Shown: positions 13,148 to 26,112 of the stretch, piece by piece | Position numbering within the stretch: position 1 is the stretch's first letter | How the letters are laid out: each line of letters opens with the position of its first letter | Assembly (NCBI GenBank): GCA_951406725.2 | Contig: OX597822.1 | Span: forward strand, 94,860,001 to 94,924,000 | Direction of reading: 5' to 3' | DNA length: 64,000 bases | DNA from: Octopus vulgaris | Lineage: Eukaryota | Program-made: the position numbers and the translations under genes | The notes under the pieces: generated by a model | What the model was told of the DNA's origin: nothing | Databases searched by the model: none | What the model saw: only the letters and a program-made list of their open reading frames with translations

Positions 13148-13748
13148 TTGGTTGGCAACTAAATTTCCGCCGATTTTTTAAAGTTTGGAATTTTTTGCGT
13201 TTTTAAATTTTGTAATCTATTTTTTTCGAGGAATCTATTTTTGAATAATTTTGGAATCTATTTTGTTTTGTTTTGTTTTTTTCTCGTTAATTTTAGTTAA
13301 TTTTTGTTTATTTTCAGATCATTAAAATGGAAAAACGAGCATTTTCGACACCTTCATCTTTTTGCTTTTAATCAAGATTCCAAGGCCGCAAAAGCTGCTC
13401 GCGACATTTGTGTTGTGTATGGAGAGGGTGCCATAGCTGAAAGAACCGCTCGTGATTGGTATGCCAAGTTCAAAAATGGAAATTTTGACATCAGTGACGC
13501 ACATTTGAGTTCGATGAAGAATTGATTAAGCCTACTTTTGCACGAAATTTCTCGTCAAACGACAAGGGAACTGGCAGAGAAAATGGAATGTTCCCACACT
13601 GCTATAGAGAAGCATCTTCACTCGATGGGAAAGGTTTAGAAGTATGGAGCATGGGTTCCGCATGTTTTAAGTGACAACAAAAATCAACGAGCCACAATCT
13701 CCGCTGGTTTGCTTGCTCGTTACCGCTCAATTCATGGACACAAGCAAA
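13148..13748 (+). pseudogene. Truncated mariner transposon (TIR plus frameshifted transposase N-terminus)
   Basis: TIR-like TTGGTTGGCAACTAA. HFRHLHLFAFNQ...AARDICVVYGEGAIAERTARDWYAKFKNGNFD is a Mos1-type HTH. A WVPH motif (TGGGTTCCGCAT) lies at ~13652. Confidence 0.85.
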
Positions 13749-14389
13749 TGTGTCCATGAAATCTTAAAATGGAAGATTACGAATTAACTTTTCCAGTCCT
13801 AAGTTTTGAAATAGGAGGAATGGTTTATTTGTGCTTAGTCATAACTAATGCTAGAGGGTACGCCGATTGACAAGGGTAGAAGTAAAACCAGACAGATTTG
13901 TTCTCAAGGTAAACGATGTTCTCAAAAGCTTACACTTGAGTGATGTTTCCGAGAAATTTGTTTCCAGGAAACTATGCGAAGTCATTATATCAATATAAGT
14001 TAATTGCCTTATAAAAGGAATTTTTCTCCGAATGACTTATAAAATCTCAGTCCTGCTCTACTGTTGTGTCTTTAGCTTACTCACTAATAATAACAAGCAA
14101 AGACAACGTCCTCCGAGTGGCTTTCTGCAAGTATTTATTGAATCGAAAAATTCTAATGTAGAAAAAAATAGCGCAATATGTATATTGTGTTGTAATAAAT
14201 ATTTTAAGCGAAATTAATATATTTCCTGACGGTAAACGCAAAGTCGAAGATGTATGAAACAAATATTAACCCAAAGCTTTCATTATTCAAAGGACCATGA
14301 TTTTTAGATTTGTGAACCACCGAACGAAACATGAAATATAAGATTTCTATATAATTTTGATATGATAAATACATATGGCGTGAAAACTT

Positions 14390-14735
14390 GGATGTTTTCG
14401 GTTTGAACGGCAGTTTTTTCTAGCGGTATCATATGAAATTGTCACCCATAATTATGACCCTAGTATCGATCTATTGCATTTCGATCTGTTTTAGGGTTAG
14501 GGTTAGAGTTAGGGTCAGGGATGGGGGGGGGGGGGTATCTTTTTTTCTTCAGAAATGTAAATAAACCCAATCTGTTTCTTAAACGAGGGACATATTCATA
14601 TGGCACGGGATGTTTTCACCTCAATAGACGCCATTGATTGGTTGAAATTGCAGAAATTGAAAAAAAAAAAAACAACCTATCTCTATTCAATATCTTACAA
14701 ACTATAGAATTTTCTCAATAAAGCCAAAAGAAAAA
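14390..14735. mobile_element. Partial Merlin-type MITE with TTAGGG tract
   Basis: One TIR (GGATGTTTTCGGTTTGAACGGCAG). Body matches 25668-26100; the right end is lost. Confidence 0.7.
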
Positions 14736-15142
14736 ACTACCAGTTTGCCATCATCCCTTCCTTCCTAATTCATCTATCACCCCTTCCTTTCTCATTCATA
14801 TGTTCTGACAGAGAAAAACACAAGAATATTATTATAGCAAAACGATTATCTTTCTCGTATCACCTTCTCCTTCTTGTGTGCATGTGCAGCATCTTTGGTT
14901 GCTATGGAAACAGAGCTTTTTGCCACGGTGATGTGTAAAATACTCGCTTCTGATTGGCTAAAACATTCAAATTTTGCAAATCTTAAAGACTAATAACTTT
15001 TTAATCATGGAGTAATATGAAAAATGAAATTTATTTTCATAATTAGTATACAAAACTTAATCCATATAGCAAATATGAAAACAATTGGAACAAAATTGTA
15101 AATAGTGACAAAAACCACAAAGACTATAGTTAAACAAATGTA

Positions 15143-15226
15143 CGGCCACAGAGGGACTTGAACCCGCGACCCTCAGATCACTTAACGCTTAAAAGTCTGA
15201 TGCTCTACCGACTGAGCTATGCGGGC
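15143..15226 (-). tRNA. tRNA-Lys(UUU), 11-nt intron (family A), C2:C71 acceptor mismatch, weak terminator; possibly non-functional
   Basis: 3' end reads TGTGGCCG. The downstream T-run is interrupted (TTTGTTT). Confidence 0.75.
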
Positions 15227-15555
15227 GGACACAGTTTTCTGTCATCATATAGTTTATAAATCAAGTTTGATAACCTAGTTTTATGTTGCCGTGTGAGAAA
15301 AATTGATTAAATTTTCTGTCGTAACTAGTCTTCATTTATAAATATACATGTATACTGGATCGTCGTTAGCCCCTACACGCAATTTTTTTCTCTTCTTGTT
15401 TCTCTCCTTGTTTCTTTTCTGTGTATCTTTCTGTCGAAGAGCGTAGGCTCGAAACATAAAAGACTTGTTTTATTTCTATTCCTGAGCGCCATACTAATAC
15501 ATTGTTTGTACTCCACCTGCCTTCGTCTTTTGTTTATTTTCGTAAACCTTCCCGT

Positions 15556-15653
<98 letters not shown>

Positions 15654-15849
15654 TGTGTGTGTCTGTCTCTATCAGTATGTGTGTATCACTAAAACTCGAG
15701 AATTAACGGATTTCATTCAAATTTTACACATGCCTTACTTAGAGTCCATGCAGTGTCATGGGTCAAAAAAGATTATTTATATATTTATGTATGTATGTAT
15801 GTATGTAAGTATATATGTATGTATTGTATGTGTGTATGTGTGTGTGTGT

Positions 15850-16165
15850 GGAGATGCAATGGCCCAGTGGTTAGGGCAGCGGACTCGCGGTTGTAGGATC
15901 GTGGTTTCGATTCCCAGATAGGGCGTTGTGAGTGTTTAGGGCGTTGTGAGTGTTTAGGGCGTTGTGAGTGTTTATTGAGCGAAAACACCTAAAGCTCCAC
16001 ACGGCTCCGGCAGGGGGTGGTGGCGATCTCTACTGTACTCTTTCGCCACAACTTTTTCTCAGTCTTTCTTCTGTTGGCCTGCTCGCTTGAAGGCTAAAAC
16101 CATGCGAAGCGCATTGTGACCAGCGATGTGTAGCAGCATATGATAGCCTGATCGGTCATGGTGAT
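15850..16165 (+). mobile_element. tRNA-derived SINE with internal 3x18-bp slippage
   Basis: Head matches 10222. GGCGTTGTGAGTGTTTAG repeated three times. Confidence 0.75.
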
Positions 16166-16189
16166 ATATATATATATATATATATATAT

Positions 16190-16639
16190 TTTACTCTTTT
16201 ACTTGTTTCAGTCATTTGACTGCGGTCAAGCTGGAGCACCGCCTTTAGTTGAGCAAATCCACCTCGGGACTTATTCTTTGTAAGCCCAGTACTTATTCTA
16301 TTGGTCTCTTTTGCCGAACCGCTAAGTTACGGGGAAGTAAACACACCAGCATCGGTTGTCAGGCAATGCTAGGAGGACAAACAGACACACAAACACACAC
16401 ACACATACATATATATATAGTTAAAGTTAATCCAAACAAGAAAACACAGAAAAAAACAGCAACGCGAGGACGTGGAACAATTAAAGTATTATTTGACGCT
16501 CAGGAAAGAAGGGAAGGAGGGTTTAACGTTTCGAGCGGAGCTCTTCTTCGGAAACAAAGGAGAAGGAAAGATCCCGAGAAGGGAAAACAGAGGAAAGAAA
16601 TTTTTTTGCTGGTGGTGCTCAAGAGATCACATGTTGAAA

Positions 16640-16687
<48 letters not shown>

Positions 16688-16845
16688 ACGACAGGCTTCT
16701 TTCAGTTTACGTCTATCAAATCCACTCACAAGGCATTGGTCGGCCCGGGGCTATAGCAGAAGACACTTGCCCAAGATGCCACGCAGTGGGACTGAACCCG
16801 GAACCATGTGGTTGGTTAACAAGCTACTTACCACACAGCCACTCA
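16190..16845 (-). mobile_element. SINE (GAGTGGCTGTGTGGTAAGTAGC family) with a Penelope-like fragment nested in its TA tract
   Basis: Matches 37949-38325. The nested segment at ~16420-16635 carries the GAGCTCCGCTCGAAACGTT motif on the minus strand. Confidence 0.75.
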
Positions 16846-17241
16846 TATATATGTGTGATATATACATATAAAAATACAAACTGGGACAAGAAGGCAAAAT
16901 ATTTAGGTGACGATACAAAAAACACGTATATGTATACGGATATGCCTTCCTATATACATGCAAAAACGTGTGCCTACAAGCATATGTTTGCACGCGCTCG
17001 TGTTTGTGCGCGCGCACTCGTATGTGTGTGTGTTCGTATGTTTTTTGAATGAAACGATTTGTTCTACAAAAACCCTTCAAGATGGTGCTCCAGCATGTCC
17101 GCAGTCAAATGACTGAAACAAATAAAACAGTAAATTTATAAAAGATATACAGATTTCTTTTTTTTTCTTTTTTTAGTATACAAACACAATATAAAACATC
17201 TGATGAAACTATTCTTGTAAATTGTATAAAAGGAGAACCTG

Positions 17242-17334
17242 CGCCCGCACGGCAACTCGAGCCCGCGACCTTCATATTACTTACTGAACTGCTTCAAGAA
17301 AAGTCTGACGTTCTACTGACTGAGTTACGCGGTT
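17242..17334 (-). pseudogene. Decayed tRNA-Lys(UUU) with ~20-nt intron
   Basis: Colinear with the intact copies but has many substitutions in the acceptor, D and T arms. Confidence 0.8.
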
Positions 17335-17363
17335 GGATGAACAAAGCCTTCATTATATTGTAT

Positions 17364-17746
17364 ACTAGCAGTATCGCCCGGCGTTGCTCAGGTTTGTAAG
17401 GGAAATAACTATAAAGCATTTTTAGAGAGTTATAGCCAAAAAATAGCCAAAAAATGGAAAAAAATGATGGTAAATTTTTTTTAGAGTAAAAAAGGTGGAG
17501 TTGCGTCCCCTAGACAGTTTGCGGTTTGTGTTTCTGATTCTCGACCCCATGTTGAATTTATCGATTTTTTTCTGAACTGGGGGAACTTTTCAAAATTTTC
17601 GCTGCGTTAGTTTTGAATTATGACATTGGGCTATGTGTGTGTCAAGTTTCATCAGAATCGGTTGAAAGCCGTGGTCAGGGTGAGGGTACAAGCAAACAGA
17701 CACACAGAAACACGCACAGACAAACTGCCGTTTATATAGAGAGAGA
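17364..17746 (-). mobile_element. Non-autonomous Helitron-like element
   Basis: The minus strand starts TCTCTCTCTATATAAACGGCAG and ends ...GGCGATACTGCTAG, between A and T, with no TSD. Confidence 0.65.
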
Positions 17747-17924
17747 TAAACCAAGATTTGTCATTTATTTCGTGTATAACTACCTAAGAACAATTCACCG
17801 ATTCATCTCATCGGTAAGTAGTGATGTTAACCTGTTGAATTTTTTATCTGAGAAAGAAGCATCGTCGGCAATGTTTATCTAAATACTAAATATATTTAAT
17901 ATACAGCCTCCGGCTGGGCTACTG

Positions 17925-18349
17925 AGATCTTTTCGGTTTGAACGGCAGTTTTTCTAGCCGTGTCATATGAAATTGTCACCCATAATTATGACCCTAGTAT
18001 CGCTCTATTGCATTTCAATCTGTTTTAGGGCTAGAGTTAGTTAGGGTTAGTGTTAGGGAAGGGTATCTTTTTTTTTCTTCAGAAATGTAAATAAACCCAA
18101 TCTGTTTCTTAAACGAGAGAAATATTCATACGGCACAGAATGTTGTTTACCTCAATGGACGTCATTGATTGGTTGAAATTGCAGAAATTGAAGAAAAAAC
18201 AACAAATATCTTACAAACTATAGAATTTTCTCAATAAAGCCATGAGAAAAAGATGTTTTATAAACGCATTCTACCAGTATACGAAGTTTAAAAGTGTTTA
18301 TTTACGTGGAAATTATGTTTAAAAACTGCCGTTCAAACCGAAAAGATCC
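17925..18349. mobile_element. Merlin-type MITE with TTAGGG tract
   Basis: TIR GATCTTTTCGGTTTGAACGGCAGTTTTT. 8-bp TSD GGCTACTG/GGATACTG. Confidence 0.85.
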
Positions 18350-19021
18350 GGATACTGTTATATCCCACCACTAAGTTGAATCTTAGAATTTTATAAGCCC
18401 TTCCAAGAAATTTAAGGATGTTTCAAAAACACTCTAGGCTCGAAAAATTGTAACTTCTCTTTGGACAAACACCGCCTACTACAAAATGACGCCACAGCGG
18501 TTTAGCGAGCTATTTTCCATCAGCAGCAATTATCTTTAGTCAGTATTACCAAAAGCATTGTAATGTTGTTCGTCGTACGTTTCAGCCAGGTTCGAATTTC
18601 GAAGAAAGCTACCTGCTACATTTTATTGTTTATAGCAAGTGAAATATGTTCTATAGAATATAAACTTTCTTATAGCTTAGACAACGCACACGATTTTAGT
18701 AAAAGAAAGTTCATTTTTCTAGTAATCAACACATGATTACAGTTTTCGGATCTTTTCTGTTTGGTTGCACCTGTGGAAAGTTCAAAGTTTATTTGCAAAT
18801 TTTGCAATTTGGTGTATTAATGTAATTTTCCAAGCTGAATGACAGGAGATATTTCACTTTTGCTAGGAAAATATTTTTTTAAAAGTTACAGTTTAATTGA
18901 AAATTGGAAGCCGAACAGAAAAGATTCCAATTTGGTACTGTGTTTTAAACAAGAAATGCGTAGATATTAAAACAGTAAAAATCTCCAAACAAGCAATACA
19001 TTTCAATAAAGTAAATTCACT

Positions 19022-19109
19022 CGCCAGTTGGGGTATTTAAACCCACGGCCTTCAAATCACTAAATTAGCTATTAAAAGTCTGATACTCTACCCACTGAAC
19101 TATGCGGGC
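19022..19109 (-). pseudogene. Decayed tRNA-Lys(UUU) with 15-nt intron
   Basis: 5' exon is recognisable. B box (GTTTAAAT) and 3' acceptor strand are degenerate. Confidence 0.8.
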
Positions 19110-19621
19110 GAACACATTTAAGAATTCTTAGATCTTGTTTAAACCAAGGTTGCCCGCCTCCGACATTCTTTTCCTCTTAACATTCAGGAAAACGAATATT
19201 TTCCCACAGGTCGCATCATGCACTTCTGCCCCATCGTCTTTGTTGATACCACTTTTCAAAGCTTTAGCATCTACCACTGTTGTTTCAGATTCCTATTTTT
19301 CAAGCATCAACATAACATAATCTTCACTCTCCTAAACGTATTACAGCAAAAACGCAATTGAAAAATATTCAATGTAAACAGATATTTGAGGAGACAATTT
19401 CGGGTGGAAGAAGAGTCATTCGAAACTCTAAAATTCCACCTCTTCTCACGCTGTAAACATAATGGTAATCCACATCCTAGAAAACATACCTCTATTTTCC
19501 CACACGCTAATCTCATCAAAGCACAATAAACTAGATCCCGTTTATTTAGTCCTCAAATAAAACAGTTGACAATGGTTTTATTTATGTAAAGTGATTGCAC
19601 GTGGACTATCTCTGCCCGTCT

Positions 19622-19694
<73 letters not shown>

Positions 19695-20111
19695 GTCTGA
19701 CTGTCTCTGTCTGTCTGTCGGGTTCTGTCTGGCTAGCTCTGTTTGTCTGTCTCCTCACCTCTCCCGTTTTCTCTCTCTCACACTCTCTCTCTCCCTCTCC
19801 CTCTCTCTCTCTGACTGTCTCTGTCTGTCTGGCTCTGTTTGTCTGTCTGTCTCCCCACCTCTCCCATTTTCTGCTTCTCTCACTCTCTCTCTCCCTCCCC
19901 CCTCTCTCCCTGTCCCTCCCACTCGCTCGCCAAGGTCATCAAAGCATGATAAACTAGATCCCATTTATCCAGTTCTCCAATATAACAATGCGCTGAAGTG
20001 CAGGATGCAACCCGTGGAAAAATATTCATTTTCAAGAACGTCTTGAGGAAAAGATCGTATGAAGTGGGCAATATTTGTTCATATAAAATCTAAGAATGCT
20101 TTCATTCGTCC

Positions 20112-20203
20112 GCCCGCATAGCTCAGTCGGTAGAGCATCAGACTTTTAATCACTAAATTTGCAAGTGATCTGAGGGTCGTGGGTTCAAGTCCCCCTGCGG
20201 GCG
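20112..20203 (+). tRNA. tRNA-Lys(UUU) with 19-nt intron (family C, ATCACTAAATTTGCAAGTG)
   Basis: Intact cloverleaf, T stem GTGGG/CCCCC, TTTT terminator downstream. Confidence 0.92.
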
Positions 20204-21309
20204 AATGTTTTCATTTTTACTCTATTGAAATGTTTTGCATGTCTGAAGAGTTTTACTGATTTAATGTCTACACGTTTCTTGTATTCATTTCAAAAAACCT
20301 TTTTGTTTTAAAACATGAAGTAACCCATTGCATAGTGTAGAGGAATTGTATCAATGTTTTCTGTGTTTGAATTGGATGTTAAATTATTGTCATATATTCA
20401 TGGTTTTTATGGTGTTTATTATTTAAAATGTCTATTTACAACACTTTACGTTCTGATTTCATATCCAGTCGTGGTCAGCTTTGTCTTTCAATACCCCAGC
20501 TTCAATAAAACAAAGTACCAGTGAAGACTGGGGGAATCCTCTCATCAAAATTATTTGCCTTATATCTAAATCAGAAACAATTATCGCAAGGTTTTAATAT
20601 TCTCTCTTCGCTCCTGTGCAGCACATGGGCTCAACTCTCCTCACCTCTTCCTCTGACTCACCTCCTTTCCTCTCTTCATCTCACACCTACTTCCTCTCTT
20701 CACTCCTATCCACCTTCTCACTTCATCGTTACCCCCTCCATCCAACTTCAACCCTACATACCCCAGCCCCACCACCCCGCCCACACATCCCATATACACA
20801 CCTCAACCCCCTCTTCCTCACTTCAAACCTACACCCTACCCTCACATCCTCACACGCCACCCTCGCATCCCCACATCCCAACACTGCCACACCACGCCAC
20901 GCACCACCACACCACATACCACACCACATCACACCACCCCGCACACACTAGCACTTACCCCTTCTCAGCACCCACACTACACACCACTACACCATATCAC
21001 ACCACCCCGCACATACTAGCATTGACCACTTCCCAGCACCCACACCATCATCCACACACCTACACATTACAGACGCACACACACACACACTAACATACAC
21101 ACGCACGCGCACCTTCGTTTGAGGATCACCAATACTTTATTATCTCCCTTTCTTCCTGGTTCTCCTGTCTAACTACCTCTGTCCAGCCAACCGCCATGAT
21201 TGACCGTTAGCTCCAAACGTAAAAGACTTTCTCACCTTTCCGAGCATTAATACACCTGTTTGTTGTTTATACACCTGTGTTCATCTTTTGTTTTTCTGTA
21301 AATTCCAAC

Positions 21310-21344
<35 letters not shown>

Positions 21345-21350
<6 letters not shown>

Positions 21351-21575
21351 GTATCTTTGGCGATTTTTTTCCTCTGTCTTCCCTTCTTTAGATTTTTCCT
21401 TTTCCTGTTTTTCTGACGAAGAGCTCCGCTCGAAACGTTAAATCCTCTTTCTCTCTTTCTTTTCCTGAAGGAGGATTTAACGTTTCGAGCGGAGCTCTTC
21501 GTCAGAAACAGAGGAAAAGGAAATATCCAAAGAAGAGAAGACGGAGGAAAAAAAATCGCCAAAGATACACACGCG
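21345..21575. repeat. Inverted pair of Penelope-like fragments with hammerhead-like motifs
   Basis: CTGACGAAGAGCTCCGCTCGAAACGTT at 21413-21439 (+) and 21479-21505 (-). Confidence 0.65.
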
Positions 21576-21576
21576 G

Positions 21577-21625
<49 letters not shown>

Positions 21626-22091
21626 CACACACACACACATACATACATACATACATACATACATACATACATACATACATACATACATACATACATACAT
21701 ACATACATACATAAATACATATTGAAAGTAACAGGCATGAAACTAATAGATATATATCGATACATAATGAAACTAATTGAAATTGAAACCATATATTAGG
21801 GGGAGTATTAATAGAGATGTTATTGTTTCACTTTTGACTCGTAATACGGAAACAATGATAAAAGATTGCTCCGAGCTTGCATTAGGCAAAAAGTTTTTTT
21901 TAATTTTTTGACCCATGACACTGCATGGACCCTAAGTAAGGCATGTGTAAAATTTGAATGAAATTCGTTTAGTAATTCTCGAGTTTTAGTGATACACACA
22001 TACTGATCCACAGACAGACAGACAGACAGACACACACACACACATTCTCAGCTTTATATATATAGATATATGTATATATATATATGTATGT

Positions 22092-22126
<35 letters not shown>

Positions 22127-22227
22127 CATGCATACATGTACATTTATGAATGAAGACTAGTTACGACAGAAATTTTAATCAATTTTTCTCACACCGCAAC
22201 ATAAAACTAGGTTATCAAACTTGATTT

Positions 22228-24151
22228 GGTTAATATAGGGCGTTACGATTATCAGAAAATCAAAAAAAAAATGTGTGTAATAGGTGTAAAACAACTTCCT
22301 ATGAACGAATATGAAAAAAAAAAATTCGCGCACGCGAAAGGGGAGTGGGGGAGAGCCTCGGAAAATTCACATCGGGAAGTTCCGAAAGCGTCTGAGGGGC
22401 TGACTCGGGCACCAAAACAAAAATAAAATAGTGTAATATGTGTAAAACAACTTGCTCTAAACGAATATGACAAAAAAAATGCGTTCTCGCGAAAGAGGGG
22501 TGGGGGAGAGGCCTCGGAAAATTTATATCGGGAATTTCCGAAAGCGTCTGAACCGGGCACAAAAACAAAAACAAAAACAGCGTAATAGGTGTAAAACAAC
22601 TTGCTCTAAACGACTATCACTCGCGAAAGGGGGGTGCGGGAGAGGCTTCGGAAATTTCACATCTTCAGTCCACGGCCTTTAAACTAAGAAAAAATAGTGT
22701 AATTGGTGTAAAACTACTTGTTCTAAACGAGTATCAAGAACACACACTCACACATGAATCATAAACTCCGTATTTTTGTACATATTTCGCAAAAAAAAAA
22801 TAAATAAAGAGAAGAAATTCTGGAAAAAGTGAAGAAATGTTGGATCTCATTCCTTGGTTAAAGCTATTTTAAACATTAAATTTATGCTTTTCTTTGAAAT
22901 ACTTCAGATATATGCAATTCTTCTCACTTATTAAGATGCATTTATCAGAAAAAAAGAGACAGAAAAAATTATTATTTTGTGTCAATCCTTCCCTAATTAT
23001 CCTTTATTAATTAGTTTTGGCGTGTATTTTTTCCCAAATTTATTTTTTCACCTTTACAACACTGTTTAGTAAAGCAATTAATTATCTTTATAATTTGCAT
23101 ATTTGACTTATTAATCAAAATTCTCTAGATGTAATATATACTAAGTAATGCATCCTTCATTTATGTGTTCCGTTCTGTATTATGCATGCGTGACTGTTTG
23201 TATGTAAGTGTGTTTAACTGTGCACATGAATGTGAATATTAAAGAACATATTTATTTACTATGATTGTTATTTTCAGAACAAATAAATCTTTTGGCTGTT
23301 ATGTTATTGATGTTATTATTATTGCTAGTTAAAGGGTGGTGACTTGGCTGAATATTTTGAGTCTTGTAGTATGTAGTTGTGTTAGTCAATATTCTGAGTT
23401 CAAATCCAACTCATTTCTTTATCATCATTATCGATGAACCACTCAAAGAGGTATGTATACATTATCATTTTCGTAACATAATTTCTGTAGTATTTCAAGA
23501 TGTTTCTGACACGTATTTTGATTCACATGGCGGAGATCCAACATTTCACTTTTTCCAGAATTTCTTCTCTTTATTTTTTTTTTTTGCGAAATATGATTTT
23601 ATGATTCATGTGTGAGTGTGTGTTCTTGATACTCGTTTAGAACAAGTAGTTTTACACCAATTACACTATTTTTTCTTAGTTTAAAGGCCGTGGACTGAAG
23701 ATGTGAAATTTCCGAAGCCTCTCCCGCACCCCCCCCCTTTCGCGAGCGCGCATTCTTTTCATGATAGTCGTTTAGAGCAAGTTGTTTTACACCTATTACG
23801 CTGTTTTTGTTTTTGTTTTTGTGCCCGGTTCAGACGCTTTCGGAAATTCCCGATATAAATTTTCCGAGGCCTCTACCCCACCCCTCTTTCGCGAGAGCGC
23901 ATTTTTTTTGTCATATTCGTTTAGAGCAAGTTGTTTTACACATATTACACTATTTTTTTTTGTTTTGGTGCCCGATTCAGCTCCTCAGACGCTTTCGGAA
24001 CTCCCCGATGTGAATTTTCCGAGGCCTCTCCCCACCCCCCTTTCGCGTGCGCGAATTTTTTTTTTCATATTCGTTCATAGGAAGTTGTTTTACACCTATT
24101 ACACACATTTTTTTTTTGATTTTCTGATAATCGTAACGCCCTATATTAACC
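22228..24151. mobile_element. Foldback DNA transposon with ~620-bp subrepeated TIRs and 8-bp TSD (Merlin-like, non-autonomous)
   Basis: Ends GGTTAATATAGGGCGTTACG / CGTAACGCCCTATATTAACC. TSD CTTGATTT at 22220-22227 and 24152-24159. Empty site visible at ~28235. Confidence 0.85.
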
Positions 24152-24190
24152 CTTGATTTATAAACTATATGATGATAGATAACCGTGTCC

Positions 24191-24274
24191 GCCCGCATAG
24201 CTCAGTCGGTAGAGCATCAGACTTTTATGCGTTAAGTGATCTGAGGGTCGCGGGTTCAAGTCCCTCTGTGGACG
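24191..24274 (+). tRNA. tRNA-Lys(UUU), 11-nt intron (family A), C2:A71 mismatch
   Basis: 3' end TGTGGACG; otherwise intact. T6 terminator. Confidence 0.8.
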
Positions 24275-25328
24275 TACTTCTTTTTTACTATATTTTTTGT
24301 GGTTTTTGTCATTGTTTACAATTTTGTTCCAATTGTTTTCATATTTGCTATATGGATTAAGTTTTGTATACTAATTATGAAATTAAAATTCATTTTTCAT
24401 ATTACTCCATAATTAAAAAGTTATTAGTCTTTAAGATTTGCAAAATTTGAATGTTTTAGCCAATCAGAAGTGAGTATTTTACACATCACCGTGGCGAGAA
24501 GCTCTGTTTCCATAGCAACCAAGGATGCTGCACATGCACACAAGAAGGAGAAGGTGATACGATAAAGATAATCTTTTTGCTATAATAATCGTCTGTCGTT
24601 ACGTTCTGAGTTCAAATTCCGCCGAGGTCGACTTTGCCTTTCATCCTTTCAGGGTCGATACATTAAGTACCAGTTTCGCACTGGGGTCGATGTAATTGAC
24701 TTAATCCGTTTGTCTGTCCTTGTTTGTCCCCTCTATGTTTAGCCTTGTGGGCAGTAAAGAAATATATAATAATATCCTTGTTTTTCTCTGTGACAACATA
24801 TGAATGAGAAAGGAAGGGGTGATAGATGAATAAGGAAGGAAGGGATGATGGCAAACTGGTAGTGAGTATATGTGCGCATGAGTGTGCGTGTACAAGGAAA
24901 GACACAATGTTTTGATATGTTGACCCCCCACCCCACCGATGATGGAAGAGGCAACGAATGCGCTGTTTTCTGATTGGCTGAAAATTCTGAAAATTATCAA
25001 ACTTTGAACACCTGTAACACTTTTGCAAAATTTTTCTGGAATAAATGAATAACCAATTCGGATTCAGCGTCAAAGATTACATCTATATGATACATTAGAA
25101 AAAAATGTTAAAGGTAATTGTAATCAGTGACGAAAACCACAAAGATCCTTATATTCTACAATGAAGAAAGCTACTTTTTTTCCAGTATTTTTTTTTTTTT
25201 TTTCGTTTTCTTCCAACCAATTGAAGATCTTTCAAATTACAATGGATTGTTTTCAGATGTTTCACACTTATGCATGATGAAAATCGAACTGAAATCTCAC
25301 ACTTATGATGATGAAAATCGAACTGAAA

Positions 25329-26112
25329 TCTCTCTATATTTAGCTGAAGTTGTCTGTGTGTGGCAGGTTTGGTAGCCTTCAACTAACATTATCTTCTCCG
25401 AGACCCTGCTGCGCAAGTTGACCAAAATTGAGAGTATGATACAAGAAGGCTTGCTCTTCATTCCTTTGAAAATAAAATTCAAATCGGACCACATTTTCTA
25501 TGAAAATCCCTATTTTTTACGATTTTTTGACTGCTGTGTCGCCATATTTCTGTGAATTTTAACCAGAAAAATGTTCACTTAAAGCTACATAATGCACAAT
25601 TTTTACTTTTCAAAAATTCCAATTCTAAAGGGTCGAAACAAACCCGAGCAATGTCAGGCGATACTGCGTATCTTTTCGGTTTGAACGGCAGTTTTTCTAA
25701 CGGTGTCATATGAAATTGTCACCCATAATCATGAGCCTAGTATCGATCTATTACATATCAATCTGTTTTAGGGTTAGGGTTAGTTAGGGTTAGGGGTGGG
25801 GGGAAGGGTATCTTTTTTTTCTTCAGAAATGTAAATAAACCCAATCTGTTTCTTAGACGAGGGACATATTCATACGGCACAGAATGTTTTTTTTTTTACC
25901 TCAATACACGTTACTGGTTGGTTGAAATTGCAGAGATTGAAGAAAAAAAAACAACAAATATCTTACAAACCATAGAATTTTCTCAATAAAGCCAAGAGAA
26001 AAAGATGTTTTATAAACACATTCTACCAGTATACGAAGTTTAAAAGTGTTTAGTTATCTAGAAATTATGTTAAAAACTGCCGTTCAAGCCGAAAAGATCC
26101 GATACTGCTAGT
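25329..26112 (+). mobile_element. Helitron-like element interrupted near its 3' end by a MITE
   Basis: 5' end TCTCTCTATA. The 3' end ...GATACTGCTAG is restored when the MITE is removed. Confidence 0.65.
25668..26100. mobile_element. Merlin-type MITE with TTAGGG tract
   Basis: TIRs as at 17925. Perfect 8-bp TSD GATACTGC. Confidence 0.88.

Noticed and set aside
15922-15975. 3x18-bp direct repeat as a possible CRISPR
   Set aside because: No spacers; it is slippage inside a SINE in a eukaryotic context.
16249-17052. 267-aa ORF, the longest in the track
   Set aside because: It runs antisense through a SINE, a nested repeat and microsatellites, and has no domain-like content.
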